A stretch of DNA of 64,000 bases from an uncultured bacterium (GTDB lineage: Bacteria > BMS3Abin14), in NCBI GenBank assembly GCA_965603295.1, contig CBFDCL010000001.1, positions 506 to 64,505 of the forward strand, written 5' to 3'. A model generated the notes under the pieces. It was not told where the DNA came from. It worked only from the letters and a program-made list of their open reading frames with translations, and ran no database searches. Positions 1 through 9,990 of the stretch are shown in pieces (position 1 is the first letter of the stretch; each line of letters begins with the position of its first letter). The position numbers were made by a program, and so were the translations under genes.

Positions 1-24
1 GCTTACGCTTGCTCAGGGCAGAGA

Positions 25-180
25 AAAAATCCAAGATCCAAGAACCAAAATCCAAGATCCGGGGAAACCACGTTGAACGTTTAATGTTTAACGTAGCCCA
101 ATCCCGCAACTCTCAAACTCTCAAACATCAAACCTCAAACTTCAAACTTTCAAACTTTCAAATTCTCAAACTTTCAAACC
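25..180. repeat. composite heptamer-repeat element, type 2: (TCCAAGA)n - AACGTTTAACG - (CTCAAAC)n
   Basis: Core 45-125 recurs at 1343-1410 with about 90% identity. Confidence 0.7.
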
Positions 181-191
181 GTTCCAGCATC

Positions 192-701
192 CTAATCATC
201 GATCAATCCTGGCAGGTCCACAAGGAGAATCGTGCCCGTGGCAAGGTCCACATCCTTAATTGTACCGCTTGCGAAGGGGACCATGAAAGGTTTCCCGTCC
301 TCTCGGTCCCCCGAAAGGACAGGGGGCCCCCCTGTTTCGAGGATCCTGTCAACTCTCCCGATCCTGATACCGTTGTGGTCCAGCAGGATCAGGCCGACAA
401 GATCGTGGAGAAAGTACTCCCCTTCCCGGAGGGGAAGCAGATCCCCCAGAGGCAGACAAACGGCTACCCCCCGAAGGGTTTCGGCTTTGTCCATATCATC
501 GATGCCGTCCAGTTTCAAAAGAGGGGCGCCCTTGTGCATCCTCACACCGAGGACGCGGACCGGGTCCCCGGAGAGCTGTCCAAGGAAGACGCGGTTAGCG
601 CCAGTGAGTGTGGACAGGTGGTCCGTACAAAGTCGCAGCACGACTTCACCTCGGCGCCCGTGGGGACGGAGGATCTCGGCAATCATATAGAGGTCATCCA
701 T
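192..701 (-). CDS. rimM: 16S rRNA processing protein RimM
   Basis: 169-aa ORF with the RimM N-terminal motif (IAEILRPHGRRGEVVL) and PRC barrel; lies immediately downstream of rpsP in the classic ffh-rpsP-rimM arrangement. Confidence 0.8.
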   Translation of the reverse strand: MDDLYMIAEILRPHGRRGEVVLRLCTDHLSTLTGANRVFLGQLSGDPVRVLGVRMHKGAPLLKLDGIDDMDKAETLRGVAVCLPLGDLLPLREGEYFLHDLVGLILLDHNGIRIGRVDRILETGGPPVLSGDREDGKPFMVPFASGTIKDVDLATGTILLVDLPGLIDD

Positions 702-737
702 GGAAGAAAAAGCCGCATCGATGGCGGCCAGGGAGAA

Positions 738-1016
738 TCAGCTGTTCGGTGTGCTGGGCTTCTCGTCGAACTTCTTCATAACGCCGATCCTGGAGAAAAG
801 GCTGCGGACCGTGTCGGAAGGGATCGCGCCCTGCCCAAGCCAGTACAGGGCCTTGTCTTCCTCAATGGCGATCTCGGCGGGGTCCTGCCTGGGGTCGTAC
901 GTCCCGATGTTCTCGATGAAGCGGCCATCCCGGGGTGAACGGATATCGGCCACAACCACCCTGTAAAAAGGTTGCTTCTTCTTTCCCATTCTTCTCAATC
1001 TGATGCGGACTGCCAA
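738..1016 (-). CDS. rpsP: 30S ribosomal protein S16
   Basis: 92 aa beginning (M)[21 protein letters not shown], the canonical S16 N-terminus; apparent TTG start with AGGAGG 7 nt upstream. Confidence 0.9.
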   Translation of the reverse strand: MAVRIRLRRMGKKKQPFYRVVVADIRSPRDGRFIENIGTYDPRQDPAEIAIEEDKALYWLGQGAIPSDTVRSLFSRIGVMKKFDEKPSTPNS

Positions 1017-1132
1017 CGTTTCTCCTCCTGAAAAACAGGGCGCGGGACGCGGGGCGCCGGGCGCAGTTATATTTATTAATGGAAGCGTTATTTAGTACCG
1101 TTTCTTAAAGGGTTAGTCAAATGGTTTAATAA

Positions 1133-1469
1133 ATGCGATTTCAAATTTCATCCGCCTTCGCTAACGCCTCCCGACCAGCTACGGCGGAGGGGGATTCCAA
1201 ATTTCAAATTAAATCTCAGATCTCAGATCTCAAAATTTATCCAGGATTCAGGACCTATCCGCCTTCGTTAACGCCTCTTGACCAGCTTCCGACTTCATTT
1301 TCCAGGCAACGACGGACAAAACGGCGGACAGGAAATCCAAGATCCAGGGGAACCACGGTGAACGTTTAACGTAGCCCAACCCCACAACTTCAAACTTCAA
1401 ATCTCAAACCGCAAACAGTAATCCTGAGTTCTTAATCCTCAATCTTCAATTCTCAATTCTCAACTGTTT
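1133..1469. repeat. repeat-filled 450-bp ffh-rpsP spacer containing the type-2 composite element and an internally duplicated 35-bp block
   Basis: tccgccttcg(c/t)taacgcctc..gaccagct occurs at 1153-1187 and 1258-1292; (TCTCAGA)n, (TCAAAC)n and (TCAATTC)n tracts are present. Confidence 0.7.
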
Positions 1470-2798
1470 TTAGAACGGCATCCCCGGTATCCCCCTCGGG
1501 CCTTTCCCCTTTCCCATCATCTTCATCATCTTCCTTGCCTGCTCGAACTGCTTTAAAAGCCGGTTGACGTCGGTCACCGTAGTCCCCGACCCGGCTGAGA
1601 TGCGTTTCCTCCGGCTGCCGTTGAGAATTTTCGGGTTCTGGCGCTCAGCCGGGGTCATGCTGTCGATAATAGCGGTGATACGCACCAGCTGCCCATCGTC
1701 CACATCTCCCGGGATGGCGTTCTTCATCTTCCCGGGAAGGGGGAGCATGGAAAGGATGTCCGAAAGGGAACCCATTTCCCGGACCTTTGAGAGCTGGTCC
1801 CTGAAGTCCTCGAGATCGAAATCGCCTTTTCGATGCTTCCGGGCCAGTTCCCGGGCCTCTTTTTCCTCGAAGGTCTTCTCAGCCTTGTCGATCAGTGTCA
1901 GAACGTCGCCCATCCCGAGGATTCTCGAAGCGACACGCTCCGGGTGGAACGGCTCAAGGCCCTCAAGACCCTCCCCCACACCGGCGAACTTGACTGGAAC
2001 ACCCGTCACGCTGCGCATCGACAGGGCGGCTCCTCCCCGTGCGTCTCCATCGAGCTTCGTCAGGATAATGCCGGTAAGGGCCAGACGTCCATGGAACGAT
2101 TCCGCCACGTTCACCGCGTCCTGTCCGGTCATGGCGTCCGTGACGAGGAGGGTTTCGTGGGGCCCGACAGCGGCCGATAGGGTTGAGATTTCTCTCATCA
2201 GATCCTCGTCCACGTGAAGGCGCCCTGCCGTGTCGATGATTACGGTGTCACACCCGGCCCGGCCCGCTTCCAAGGAAGCGTTTTTATAGACCTCCAGGGA
2301 AGAGGACGCACCTTCGATGGAGAAGACGGGGACATCGATCTTCTTCCCGAGGATAACCAACTGCTCCACCGCTGCGGGACGGCTGAGATCCGCGGGAACG
2401 AGACAGACCCGGCTGCCCTGTTCCTTAAGGCTGAGGGCAAGTTTTGCGCAGGTCGTGGTTTTCCCCGAACCCTGCAGGCCCACCACGAGGATCCTGGTGG
2501 GCGGGATGGAGGCCCGCGCCAGGGATGAGCGGGTGCCCCCCAGGACACCTGTCAGCTCAGCATGGACGATCTTGATTACCTGCTGAGCCGGGGTCAGGCT
2601 TTCGAGAACCTCCGATCCGAGAGCACGTTCCCGGATGCTGGAAATGAAGTTTTTGACGACCTTGAAGTTGACATCGGCCTCCAATAACGCTAGTTTTATT
2701 TCCCGGAGGGTCGCGTCAATATCGGCTTCGGAGAGCTTCCCCCGAGCTTTGAGTTTTTTAAAAACGCTTTCCAGTTTTTCCGCAAGGTTCTGGAACAT
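1470..2798 (-). CDS. ffh: signal recognition particle protein Ffh
   Basis: N domain, SRP54 GTPase motifs (GLQGSGKTTT, DTAGR, TKLD) and Met-rich M domain; start placed at MFQNLAEKL (ATG 2796-2798) with upstream AGAGGA. Confidence 0.9.
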   Translation of the reverse strand: MFQNLAEKLESVFKKLKARGKLSEADIDATLREIKLALLEADVNFKVVKNFISSIRERALGSEVLESLTPAQQVIKIVHAELTGVLGGTRSSLARASIPPTRILVVGLQGSGKTTTCAKLALSLKEQGSRVCLVPADLSRPAAVEQLVILGKKIDVPVFSIEGASSSLEVYKNASLEAGRAGCDTVIIDTAGRLHVDEDLMREISTLSAAVGPHETLLVTDAMTGQDAVNVAESFHGRLALTGIILTKLDGDARGGAALSMRSVTGVPVKFAGVGEGLEGLEPFHPERVASRILGMGDVLTLIDKAEKTFEEKEARELARKHRKGDFDLEDFRDQLSKVREMGSLSDILSMLPLPGKMKNAIPGDVDDGQLVRITAIIDSMTPAERQNPKILNGSRRKRISAGSGTTVTDVNRLLKQFEQARKMMKMMGKGKGPRGIPGMPF

Positions 2799-3040
2799 TT
2801 TGTATCCTCTTTGCGGCACCGCCATTCAAAGGGTGCGCGATGTTTCCATTGACTGCCTGAAAAAACGGATCGGAGTCCGTCAAGAGAGGTTTCGAGGTTG
2901 TTAAAGTCGGGAAATTATGAAATGGTTAAGCGTTTGTCAAGGCTTACCGGCAGCTTGATCCCGTCCGGATGGGGCAGCCGGAAAGCCGAAGTGGTTGAAA
3001 ACCGGATTTTTTCGAAACGAGATAGGAGTGAGGTAGGCCG

Positions 3041-3619
3041 ATGAAAACCCTTTTCCTGATTATCATCAGTACGGTATTCGTCAACAACTTCGTGCTGGCC
3101 CGGTTTCTGGGGCTTTGCCCGTTCATGGGGGTTTCCAAAAAGATCGAGACTGCCACGGGTATGGGCATGGCAGTTGTTTTTGTCATGACCGTGGCCGCGG
3201 CGGTGACGTGGAACATCCAGAGGTTTATTCTCACGCCGTTTGACCTGCAGTATCTCCAGACCATAATGTTTATCCTGGTGATCGCATCCCTGGTGCAGCT
3301 GGTGGAGATATTTATCCGGAAGGCCAGCCCCGCTCTATACCAGGCCCTGGGGATTTTTCTGCCCCTGATTACGACCAACTGCGCCGTGCTTGGCATGGCG
3401 ATCCTGACAATCCAGAAGGAACTCAACTTCATCTCCGCCATTACCTTTGCCCTTGGTTCCGCCCTCGGGTTCACGCTGGCCCTCGTTCTCATGGCCGGGA
3501 TCCGGGAACGGCTGGAGATGGCTGATGTTCCCAAACCGTTTGCAGGCACGGCCGCGGCTTACGTGACGGCCGGCCTCCTTTCCCTTGCATTCATGGGGTT
3601 CTCTGGAATGGTGAAATAA
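3041..3619 (+). CDS. rnfA: Rnf/Nqr-type electron transport complex subunit A
   Basis: 192-aa polytopic membrane protein; near-identical blocks to RnfA ([57 protein letters not shown]). Confidence 0.85.
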   Translation: MKTLFLIIISTVFVNNFVLARFLGLCPFMGVSKKIETATGMGMAVVFVMTVAAAVTWNIQRFILTPFDLQYLQTIMFILVIASLVQLVEIFIRKASPALYQALGIFLPLITTNCAVLGMAILTIQKELNFISAITFALGSALGFTLALVLMAGIRERLEMADVPKPFAGTAAAYVTAGLLSLAFMGFSGMVK

Positions 3620-3623
3620 CGTT

Positions 3624-4613
3624 ATGATCGCTGCTGTCGCAAGTCTCACAGGTCTCGGTATCGTCGCCGCCTACGGTCTCAGCCTGGCGTCGAGGAAATT
3701 CCACGTTGATGTCGATCCCCGGCTTGAGGTTATCGAGGGGATCCTTCCCGGAGTGAACTGCGGTGCCTGCGGATATCCCGGATGCTCGGGATTTGCCGGC
3801 GGGCTCCTTGCGGGGGATGCGGTACCCACCGCCTGCGCTCCTGCCGATGAAGCCACCGTTGGAAAACTGGCGGAGTTCCTCGGCCTGGAGGTTGGGGATA
3901 TAGTCCGTATGGTCGCCGTGCGAAGATGCGGAGGCGGCCAGGGCAAAGCCGCTCTTCAGGCTATTTACGAAGGTGTGCACGATTGCCGGGCCGCTGTGCT
4001 AATTGGGGGAGGGAGCAAAACCTGCCTGTATTCCTGCGTCGGATACGGAACCTGCAAATCTGTTTGCCCCTTCGATGCCATCCAGATGAGTGAGGACAGC
4101 CTTTCCATCATTGATCCGGAAAAGTGTACAGGGTGCAACAAGTGTGTCGTTGCCTGTCCCAGGGACATCTTGACCCTCGAGTCCGCCGAGCACCAGGTTC
4201 ACGTGCGGTGCAGCTCCAATGATTCCGGGGCCCGGGTGAAGAAGGTCTGTCAGGTAGGATGCACCGGATGCGGGATCTGTGAGAAAGCCTGTCCGGTAAA
4301 TGCGATTGTCCTCGAGGACAGCCTCGCTTCCATCGATCCGGATACCTGTGTGGAGTGCGGAATCTGCTCCTCAAACTGCCCCACCGGTTCCATCTCCGAC
4401 GGCCTGCTGCCCCGTTCGCCCGTTTTCATCTCAGAGGCGTGCAACGGGTGTACGATCTGCGCCAAGGTCTGCCCCTACGATGCGATCTCGGGAGAAACAA
4501 AAGAACGGCACGTCGTGGATGAAAGCCGGTGTGTCGGTTGCGAACTCTGCGTCGAGAGGTGTCCGGTTCAGGCCATTAAATCCTGCGGAGGGACCGAGTT
4601 GGCTGTCGCTTAA
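3624..4613 (+). CDS. rnfB: Rnf-type electron transport subunit B with extra 4Fe-4S ferredoxin domains
   Basis: N-terminal membrane anchor plus CGACGYPGC motif typical of RnfB, followed by multiple CxxCxxCxxxCP ferredoxin motifs. Confidence 0.8.
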   Translation: MIAAVASLTGLGIVAAYGLSLASRKFHVDVDPRLEVIEGILPGVNCGACGYPGCSGFAGGLLAGDAVPTACAPADEATVGKLAEFLGLEVGDIVRMVAVRRCGGGQGKAALQAIYEGVHDCRAAVLIGGGSKTCLYSCVGYGTCKSVCPFDAIQMSEDSLSIIDPEKCTGCNKCVVACPRDILTLESAEHQVHVRCSSNDSGARVKKVCQVGCTGCGICEKACPVNAIVLEDSLASIDPDTCVECGICSSNCPTGSISDGLLPRSPVFISEACNGCTICAKVCPYDAISGETKERHVVDESRCVGCELCVERCPVQAIKSCGGTELAVA

Positions 4614-4631
4614 TAGATCGAGGCCCTGATT

Positions 4632-5450
4632 ATGGAAATCGTTTTCTTTTCGGCCTCCGCATTTTTCCTTTTTCTCGCCACCCTTCACTACCTGCTTTTC
4701 CTGGTTTACAGGAACCCTGTAGTGCCCCGGGTGGCGCGTTTTTCCCTTTTCCTGGCTTTCACGGTCCAGATCGCCTTTTTCGTGGCAAGGTTTATGGGTG
4801 GGGGGATTCCCCTCGGCACTAGTCTGTACGAATCCCTCATCTTTTTCTCCTGGTGCATTATTGCTTCCTACCTCCTTGTCACTGTCCGGTATAAGATCCC
4901 CGCTGTGGGGGCATTTGTCATCCCCGTCGCCTTTATCATTACTGTGGGTGCGGCTCTTTTGCCCAATAAGGGGATCGGCGAGATTCCCCCCGCTCTGAAA
5001 AGTTACTGGCTCTTCATTCATGTTCCCCTGAGTTTTCTGGGAGATGCCATGTTTGCCCTGGCTTTTGCTTCGGGGATCATGTACCTGCTCCAGGAGAGAC
5101 AGCTCAAGGGAAAAAGGCCCGGGGCCTTTTACTACAGGCTCCCCAGCCTGGAGGCTCTGGATTCTTTGAACTACCGGTCCCTGACCATCGGGTTCCCCCT
5201 GCTGACCCTGGGTATCATCACCGGTTCCATCTGGGCGCAATACGCATGGGGGTCCTATTGGCAGTGGGATCCCAAGGAAACCTGGTCGCTGATCACGTGG
5301 CTGATTTATGCCGCTGTCCTGCACGCGCGCATGACGGTGGGATGGCGGGGTCGTAAAGCCGCATGGTTTTCCATTATCGGATTTGCTGCGGTCCTGTTTA
5401 CCTTTCTTGGAGTCAACCTCTTCCTGACCGGCCTGCACTCTTATAACTGA
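4632..5450 (+). CDS. cytochrome c assembly protein, CcsA/ResC family (HemX-like, precedes hemA)
   Basis: 272-aa polytopic membrane protein with the Trp-rich WGSYWQWDPKETWS motif of the CcsA family; position upstream of hemA matches B. subtilis hemX. Confidence 0.75.
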   Translation: MEIVFFSASAFFLFLATLHYLLFLVYRNPVVPRVARFSLFLAFTVQIAFFVARFMGGGIPLGTSLYESLIFFSWCIIASYLLVTVRYKIPAVGAFVIPVAFIITVGAALLPNKGIGEIPPALKSYWLFIHVPLSFLGDAMFALAFASGIMYLLQERQLKGKRPGAFYYRLPSLEALDSLNYRSLTIGFPLLTLGIITGSIWAQYAWGSYWQWDPKETWSLITWLIYAAVLHARMTVGWRGRKAAWFSIIGFAAVLFTFLGVNLFLTGLHSYN

Positions 5451-5458
5451 AAGGTCTC

Positions 5459-6730
5459 ATGGAGATCCTTCTCGTCGGACTCAGTCATAAAACGGCCCCT
5501 GTTGGGATCAGGGAGAAGATTTCCTTTTCCGAACGGAATTTAGATGAGGGTATCCGTGGACTCGTCGCCTGCCCGAGTGTCCATGAGGGGCTTATCGTTT
5601 CCACCTGCAACCGTGTTGAGATATATGCCGCCGCTACGAAAAAAAACGTCCAATCCGCCCGAGAGGAGATCGCGCGGTTTCTGGCTGATTTTCATGATGT
5701 GGTCCTGGATCAACTTGAACCCCACCTCTACGTTCTTACCGGCGAGGAATGCGTGAAACATATCTTCCGCGTGTCGTCGAGTCTGGATTCCATGATTGTC
5801 GGAGAACCGCAGATCCTCGGCCAAGTCAAGGAAGCGTTCGGTTGCGCGGCCAGTGCCCAGGCAACCGGGAATATCCTTAACCGTCTTCTCCATAAGGCTT
5901 TTTCGGTTGCGAAAAGGGTGCGAACGGAAACGAGAATCTCTACCTCGGCCGTGTCTATTTCCTTCGCGGCTGTGGAGTTGGCTCGGAAGATCTTCGGGGA
6001 GCTTGAGGGCCGGACGGTTCTGCTCATCGGCGCTGGAGAGATGGCGGAACTCGCTGCCCGACACCTCATGGTCGGTGGAGTGGCGCGGATAATCGTTGTA
6101 AACCGTACTTTCGAAAAGGGGGTTTCCCTTGCCTCCGAGTTCGAAGGGGAGGCGGCCCCGTTCGATGAGCTGGAACAGCAGATGGAAAGAGCGGACATTG
6201 TCCTGAGTTCCACCGGTTCACCAAGCGTTATCATCGACAGGAAGATGGTACAGAGGATCATCAAGAAAAGACGCAACAAACCGATGTTCTTTATCGATAT
6301 TGCGGTTCCGCGGGATATCGATTCCGGGGTCAACGGGATTGAAAACGTATACGCGTACGACATTGATGACCTCGAGGGTGTGGTCCAGGCCAACATCAAG
6401 GCCCGGTCCAAGGAGGCAGCCAAGGCGGAAGAACTTGTCACCGGCGAGGTCCGCCAGTTCACGGAATGGATGCGTTCGAGGGAGGCCTTTCCCACTATTG
6501 TTGCTCTGAGGGAGTGGGCCGAAGGGGTTCGGCGCAGTGAACTGGAAAAGACCTTGAAGAAGATGGAGGGTTTAAGTGAGCCCGACTCCAAGAGGATCGA
6601 AGCCATGACGGAGGCGATCCTGAACAAGATCCTTCACCGTCCCATCTCCCGGATGAAAAAAGCTGCCCATAAGGGCTACGAAGAGGATGTCGGTGATATG
6701 GTTAGGAAGATCTTTGACCTTGAGGAGTAA
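5459..6730 (+). CDS. hemA: glutamyl-tRNA reductase
   Basis: 423 aa; MEILLVGLSHKTAPV start, catalytic Cys region (STCNRVEIY) and NADPH-binding GAGEMAELAARHL. Confidence 0.9.
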   Translation: MEILLVGLSHKTAPVGIREKISFSERNLDEGIRGLVACPSVHEGLIVSTCNRVEIYAAATKKNVQSAREEIARFLADFHDVVLDQLEPHLYVLTGEECVKHIFRVSSSLDSMIVGEPQILGQVKEAFGCAASAQATGNILNRLLHKAFSVAKRVRTETRISTSAVSISFAAVELARKIFGELEGRTVLLIGAGEMAELAARHLMVGGVARIIVVNRTFEKGVSLASEFEGEAAPFDELEQQMERADIVLSSTGSPSVIIDRKMVQRIIKKRRNKPMFFIDIAVPRDIDSGVNGIENVYAYDIDDLEGVVQANIKARSKEAAKAEELVTGEVRQFTEWMRSREAFPTIVALREWAEGVRRSELEKTLKKMEGLSEPDSKRIEAMTEAILNKILHRPISRMKKAAHKGYEEDVGDMVRKIFDLEE

Positions 6731-6746
6731 TGCCGACGACATCAAT

Positions 6747-6827
6747 TTCAAAATTCAAATTTCATATTTCAAAAGGTGTACGCGAGTTTCATTTTTTATT
6801 TGAAATTTGAAATGTGAAATCTGAAAT
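6747..6827. repeat. imperfect 28-bp inverted repeat (TTTCAAA/TTTGAAA heptamer arms) in the hemA-hemC spacer
   Basis: Arm 1 is 6747-6774 and arm 2 is 6800-6827, 24/28 complementary; could form a long AU-rich hairpin between hemA stop and hemC RBS. Confidence 0.45.
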
Positions 6828-6846
6828 TATAATCAGGAGGAATTCA

Positions 6847-7782
6847 GTGAGTAAAAAACTTCGCATCGGTACACGCGGGAGCCAATTGGCCCTCTGGCAG
6901 GCCAACTGGGTCAGGGAGCAGCTGGAAAACTGCTATCCGGACCTTGAAATCGAGATCGAAACCATCAAGACAACGGGGGACAAAATCCTGGACGTTCCCT
7001 TGGCCAAAATCGGCGGCAAAGGACTTTTCGTTAAGGAGATCGAGGCCGCTCTTCTGGAGAACACCATCGATATCGCGGTTCACAGCATGAAGGACGTCCC
7101 CACTGAACTTCCCGTGGAACTGGGAATCGTGGTTGTGACGGAAAGGGAGGACCCGAGGGACGCTGTTATCGGAAACAAGGAAATCCCCATCCTGGACCTT
7201 CCGGCCGGATCGAAAATCGGGACGAGCAGCTTGCGCCGCCAGGCTCAACTCCTGGTTTCCAGACCGGATTTTGTGTTAGAGCCCCTTCGAGGGAACGTAA
7301 ATACACGGCTGCGAAAACTCCGGGAAGGGATGTTCGATGCCATTATCCTTGCCATGGCAGGCGTCAAACGCCTTGGATGGGAAAACAAGGTCACCGAGGT
7401 TCTCGATACCCACGTCATGCTCCCGGCCATAGGACAAGGGGCGCTGGGTATCGAAGCCCGGCTGGATGATGAGGCTACCATTGCCCGGATCTTGTTTCTG
7501 GATCATGAGGCTACCCGTTTCTGTGTGACTGCGGAACGATCCTTCCTCCACAGGCTCGAGGGTGGCTGCCAGGTGCCCGTCGCGGCACACGGGACGATGG
7601 AGGAAAACGGGATTGTACTGGAGGGGCTGGTCGCCAGGATCAATGGGGAGAAGGTAGTCAGGATGTCGGATCGCGCCTCGGCAGCCGACGCGGCAGTCCT
7701 GGGTACGAAACTCGCCGACAGGATCCTTGAGGCCGGCGGCAGGGAGATCCTCGAGGAGCTTTACTGCCGTGAGTTAACCTAA
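6847..7782 (+). CDS. hemC: porphobilinogen deaminase (hydroxymethylbilane synthase)
   Basis: GTG start 7 nt after AGGAGG; (V)SKKLRIGTRGSQLALWQA is the HemC N-terminus; the cofactor-binding Cys region is present. Confidence 0.9.
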   Translation: MSKKLRIGTRGSQLALWQANWVREQLENCYPDLEIEIETIKTTGDKILDVPLAKIGGKGLFVKEIEAALLENTIDIAVHSMKDVPTELPVELGIVVVTEREDPRDAVIGNKEIPILDLPAGSKIGTSSLRRQAQLLVSRPDFVLEPLRGNVNTRLRKLREGMFDAIILAMAGVKRLGWENKVTEVLDTHVMLPAIGQGALGIEARLDDEATIARILFLDHEATRFCVTAERSFLHRLEGGCQVPVAAHGTMEENGIVLEGLVARINGEKVVRMSDRASAADAAVLGTKLADRILEAGGREILEELYCRELT

Positions 7783-7791
7783 GGCCGGGAC

Positions 7792-8580
7792 ATGGGGGAC
7801 TTTTCGCATCACCCATTACACGGCATCGGTATCCTTGTAACGAGGGCAAAGGAGCAGGCGGCCGAAACCATTTCCGGACTCGAAGCTCTCGGTGCCAGTG
7901 TTTTTGCTGTTCCCGCCATAAGAGTTGAACATCTCGCCCATCCGCCGGGACTGGATGAGTCCCTCATGAATATCGGGACGTACGACCATCTCGTTTTCAC
8001 TTCGGTTAACGGTGTATACTCTTTCCTTCGGCATGCTGGATCATCGGGTCCGGAACCCGGAAAGATGCCCTCGGCCCTGTGCGTGGGTCCCAAAACAGCC
8101 GAAGCATGGCGCCAGGCCGGAGGAACTGTAAAGGCTGTTCCAGGGAAATACTCCGCCGCGGACCTGGTGGATGTCCTCGGCGATGATCTGGATACGTTTT
8201 CCCTCCTGATTCTGAGGCCGGAGCACGTTAAAACCAACCTCGCGCAACAGCTTCAGATGCGCGGTGCCAGGGTCGATGAAATCATTCTCTACAGGACCAT
8301 AGCCGGGGAGGAAGATTCTGAGTCCCTGGAAGTCCTGCTAAAGAACGAAAAGGTGGATGTGATCCTCTTTGCCAGCCCTTCGGCTATTTACGGGATCCTT
8401 TCCATGGCCGGGGGGCCGGAAAGGATCAGGGACCTTCTCGCCGTATGCATCGGGCCGACCACCGCGAAGGCGGCCGTGGACAGCGGCATGGAGAGGGTTG
8501 TTTTCCCCGAACACTACACGTCGGAAGGGATGATCCAGGTCCTTCTCGCCAGGGCGGAAGAGATAAGGGACAGGAGGTAG
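7792..8580 (+). CDS. hemD: uroporphyrinogen-III synthase
   Basis: 262-aa HemD-fold protein (GILVTRAKEQA...) in hemC-hemD-hemB order. Confidence 0.75.
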   Translation: MGDFSHHPLHGIGILVTRAKEQAAETISGLEALGASVFAVPAIRVEHLAHPPGLDESLMNIGTYDHLVFTSVNGVYSFLRHAGSSGPEPGKMPSALCVGPKTAEAWRQAGGTVKAVPGKYSAADLVDVLGDDLDTFSLLILRPEHVKTNLAQQLQMRGARVDEIILYRTIAGEEDSESLEVLLKNEKVDVILFASPSAIYGILSMAGGPERIRDLLAVCIGPTTAKAAVDSGMERVVFPEHYTSEGMIQVLLARAEEIRDRR

Positions 8581-8586
8581 ACAGTC

Positions 8587-9558
8587 ATGCAGTATCCTAT
8601 CTACAGGCCGCGCAGGACCCGCCGGAACGAAACCCTTCGCCGGATGGTTAGGGAGACCTGCCTTTCTCCAGACAACCTCATCTATCCTCTTTTCGTAGTT
8701 CATGGGGAAGGGGTTCGAAAGGAGATCAGCTCCATGCCGGAAGTCTACCATCTCTCTGTGGACGAGATCGTCAAGGAGTGCCAGGAGTGTTGGGGATTAG
8801 GGATCCCGGCTGTAATCCTTTTCGGTATCCCTCATGGAAAAGACCCAATGGGCAGTGAGGCTTGCGACCCCGAGGGGGCGGTTCAGAAAGCCGTCCGGGC
8901 AATCAAAGACGCCGTTCCCGAGATGGTGGTCATCACGGATGTCTGCCTATGTGAATACACGGATCACGGCCACTGCGGTATCGTGGAGAAAGGAGAGGTC
9001 CTCAACGATCCCACCCTGGAACTCCTCGCGCGATCCGCCCTCAGCCACGCCCGGGCCGGTGCCGACATTGTTGCACCTTCCGACATGATGGACGGCAGGG
9101 TGGCGGCGATCCGTGACCTCCTCGATGAGGAGGGTTATTCCGACACCGTGATTATGGCCTACTCGGTTAAATATGCCTCCGCTTTCTATGGACCGTTCAG
9201 GGAAGCGGCCGAATCCACTCCCCAGTTCGGGGACCGGCGATCCTACCAGATGGATCCTTCCAACCGGGTGGAAGCCCTCCGGGAGGCTGCCCTTGACATA
9301 GAGGAAGGTGCGGACGTGATCATGGTCAAACCGGCTCTCCCCTACCTGGATATCATTGCCGCCCTGAAGGACCGGTTCGATATGCCCCTCGCTGCCTATA
9401 ACGTCAGCGGAGAATATTCCATGGTCCATGCAGGCGGCCGGCTGGGATGGATCGACGCGGAAAAGGTCATGATGGAGTCGCTGATCTCCATAAGGAGAGC
9501 GGGGGCGGGGATGATCCTGACGTATTTCGCCAAAGAGGCGGCTCGGGTCCTCGAGTGA
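8587..9558 (+). CDS. hemB: porphobilinogen synthase (delta-aminolevulinic acid dehydratase)
   Basis: 323 aa; [17 protein letters not shown] start and active-site lysine regions typical of HemB. Confidence 0.9.
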   Translation: MQYPIYRPRRTRRNETLRRMVRETCLSPDNLIYPLFVVHGEGVRKEISSMPEVYHLSVDEIVKECQECWGLGIPAVILFGIPHGKDPMGSEACDPEGAVQKAVRAIKDAVPEMVVITDVCLCEYTDHGHCGIVEKGEVLNDPTLELLARSALSHARAGADIVAPSDMMDGRVAAIRDLLDEEGYSDTVIMAYSVKYASAFYGPFREAAESTPQFGDRRSYQMDPSNRVEALREAALDIEEGADVIMVKPALPYLDIIAALKDRFDMPLAAYNVSGEYSMVHAGGRLGWIDAEKVMMESLISIRRAGAGMILTYFAKEAARVLE

Positions 9559-9561
9559 ACC

Positions 9562-9990
9562 ATGGGACGTGTCTTGGCCATAGATTGGGGCAAGCGAAGG
9601 ATCGGGATCGCCCTTTCCGATGAAAGCCGGGCCATCGCATCCCCCCACAAGGTTGTTCAAAGGGGCGGTTCCCTGGATCGGGATCTGGAGCACATTGCAG
9701 GCCTCACAAGGGAGCACGATGTCTCCCAGGTGGTTTTCGGTTTGCCTGTCCGTCTCGACGGATCCACTGGCCCGGAGGCCTCGGGAATCCTTGAGGTTGT
9801 GGAAAAGCTGAAGCAGAAGGTTGACATACCCGTGAGGACGTGGGACGAGCGGTTCAGCACTGTGGCCGCTGAAAGAGCCCTTATCGGAGGTAACGTGTCC
9901 AGGAAAAAGCGCCGTGACCTTGTTGACCAGGTAGCCGCAGCCCTCATTCTGCAGTCCTATCTCGACAGCGTCTCCGGGGAGGGATCATGA
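9562..9990 (+). CDS. ruvX: Holliday junction resolvase-like protein RuvX/YqgF
   Basis: 142 aa; N-terminal VLAIDWGKRRIGIALSD motif of the YqgF family. Confidence 0.85.
   Translation: MGRVLAIDWGKRRIGIALSDESRAIASPHKVVQRGGSLDRDLEHIAGLTREHDVSQVVFGLPVRLDGSTGPEASGILEVVEKLKQKVDIPVRTWDERFSTVAAERALIGGNVSRKKRRDLVDQVAAALILQSYLDSVSGEGS

Noticed and set aside
9-938. 309-aa plus-strand ORF over the 5' repeats and rimM/rpsP
   Set aside because: It starts inside the heptamer repeat tract, is antisense to rimM and rpsP, and has no homology signal.
2944-3549. 201-aa minus-strand ORF overlapping rnfA
   Set aside because: Antisense to a near-perfect RnfA match.
4431-5438. Long antisense ORFs opposite real genes (4431-5438, 5728-6627, 8947-9717, 13483-14271, 41063-42382, 42907-43851, 54249-54923, and others)
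   Set aside because: High GC content suppresses stop codons. Each overlaps a strongly supported gene on the other strand, and their products are Arg/Pro/Gly-rich low-complexity sequences.
6808-6834. Sigma-70 promoter (TTGAAA-15 bp-TATAAT) in the hemA-hemC spacer
   Set aside because: The -10 hexamer ends 1 nt before the hemC Shine-Dalgarno, so a TSS would fall inside the SD, and the spacing is short. More likely a chance product of the AT-rich heptamer arm.
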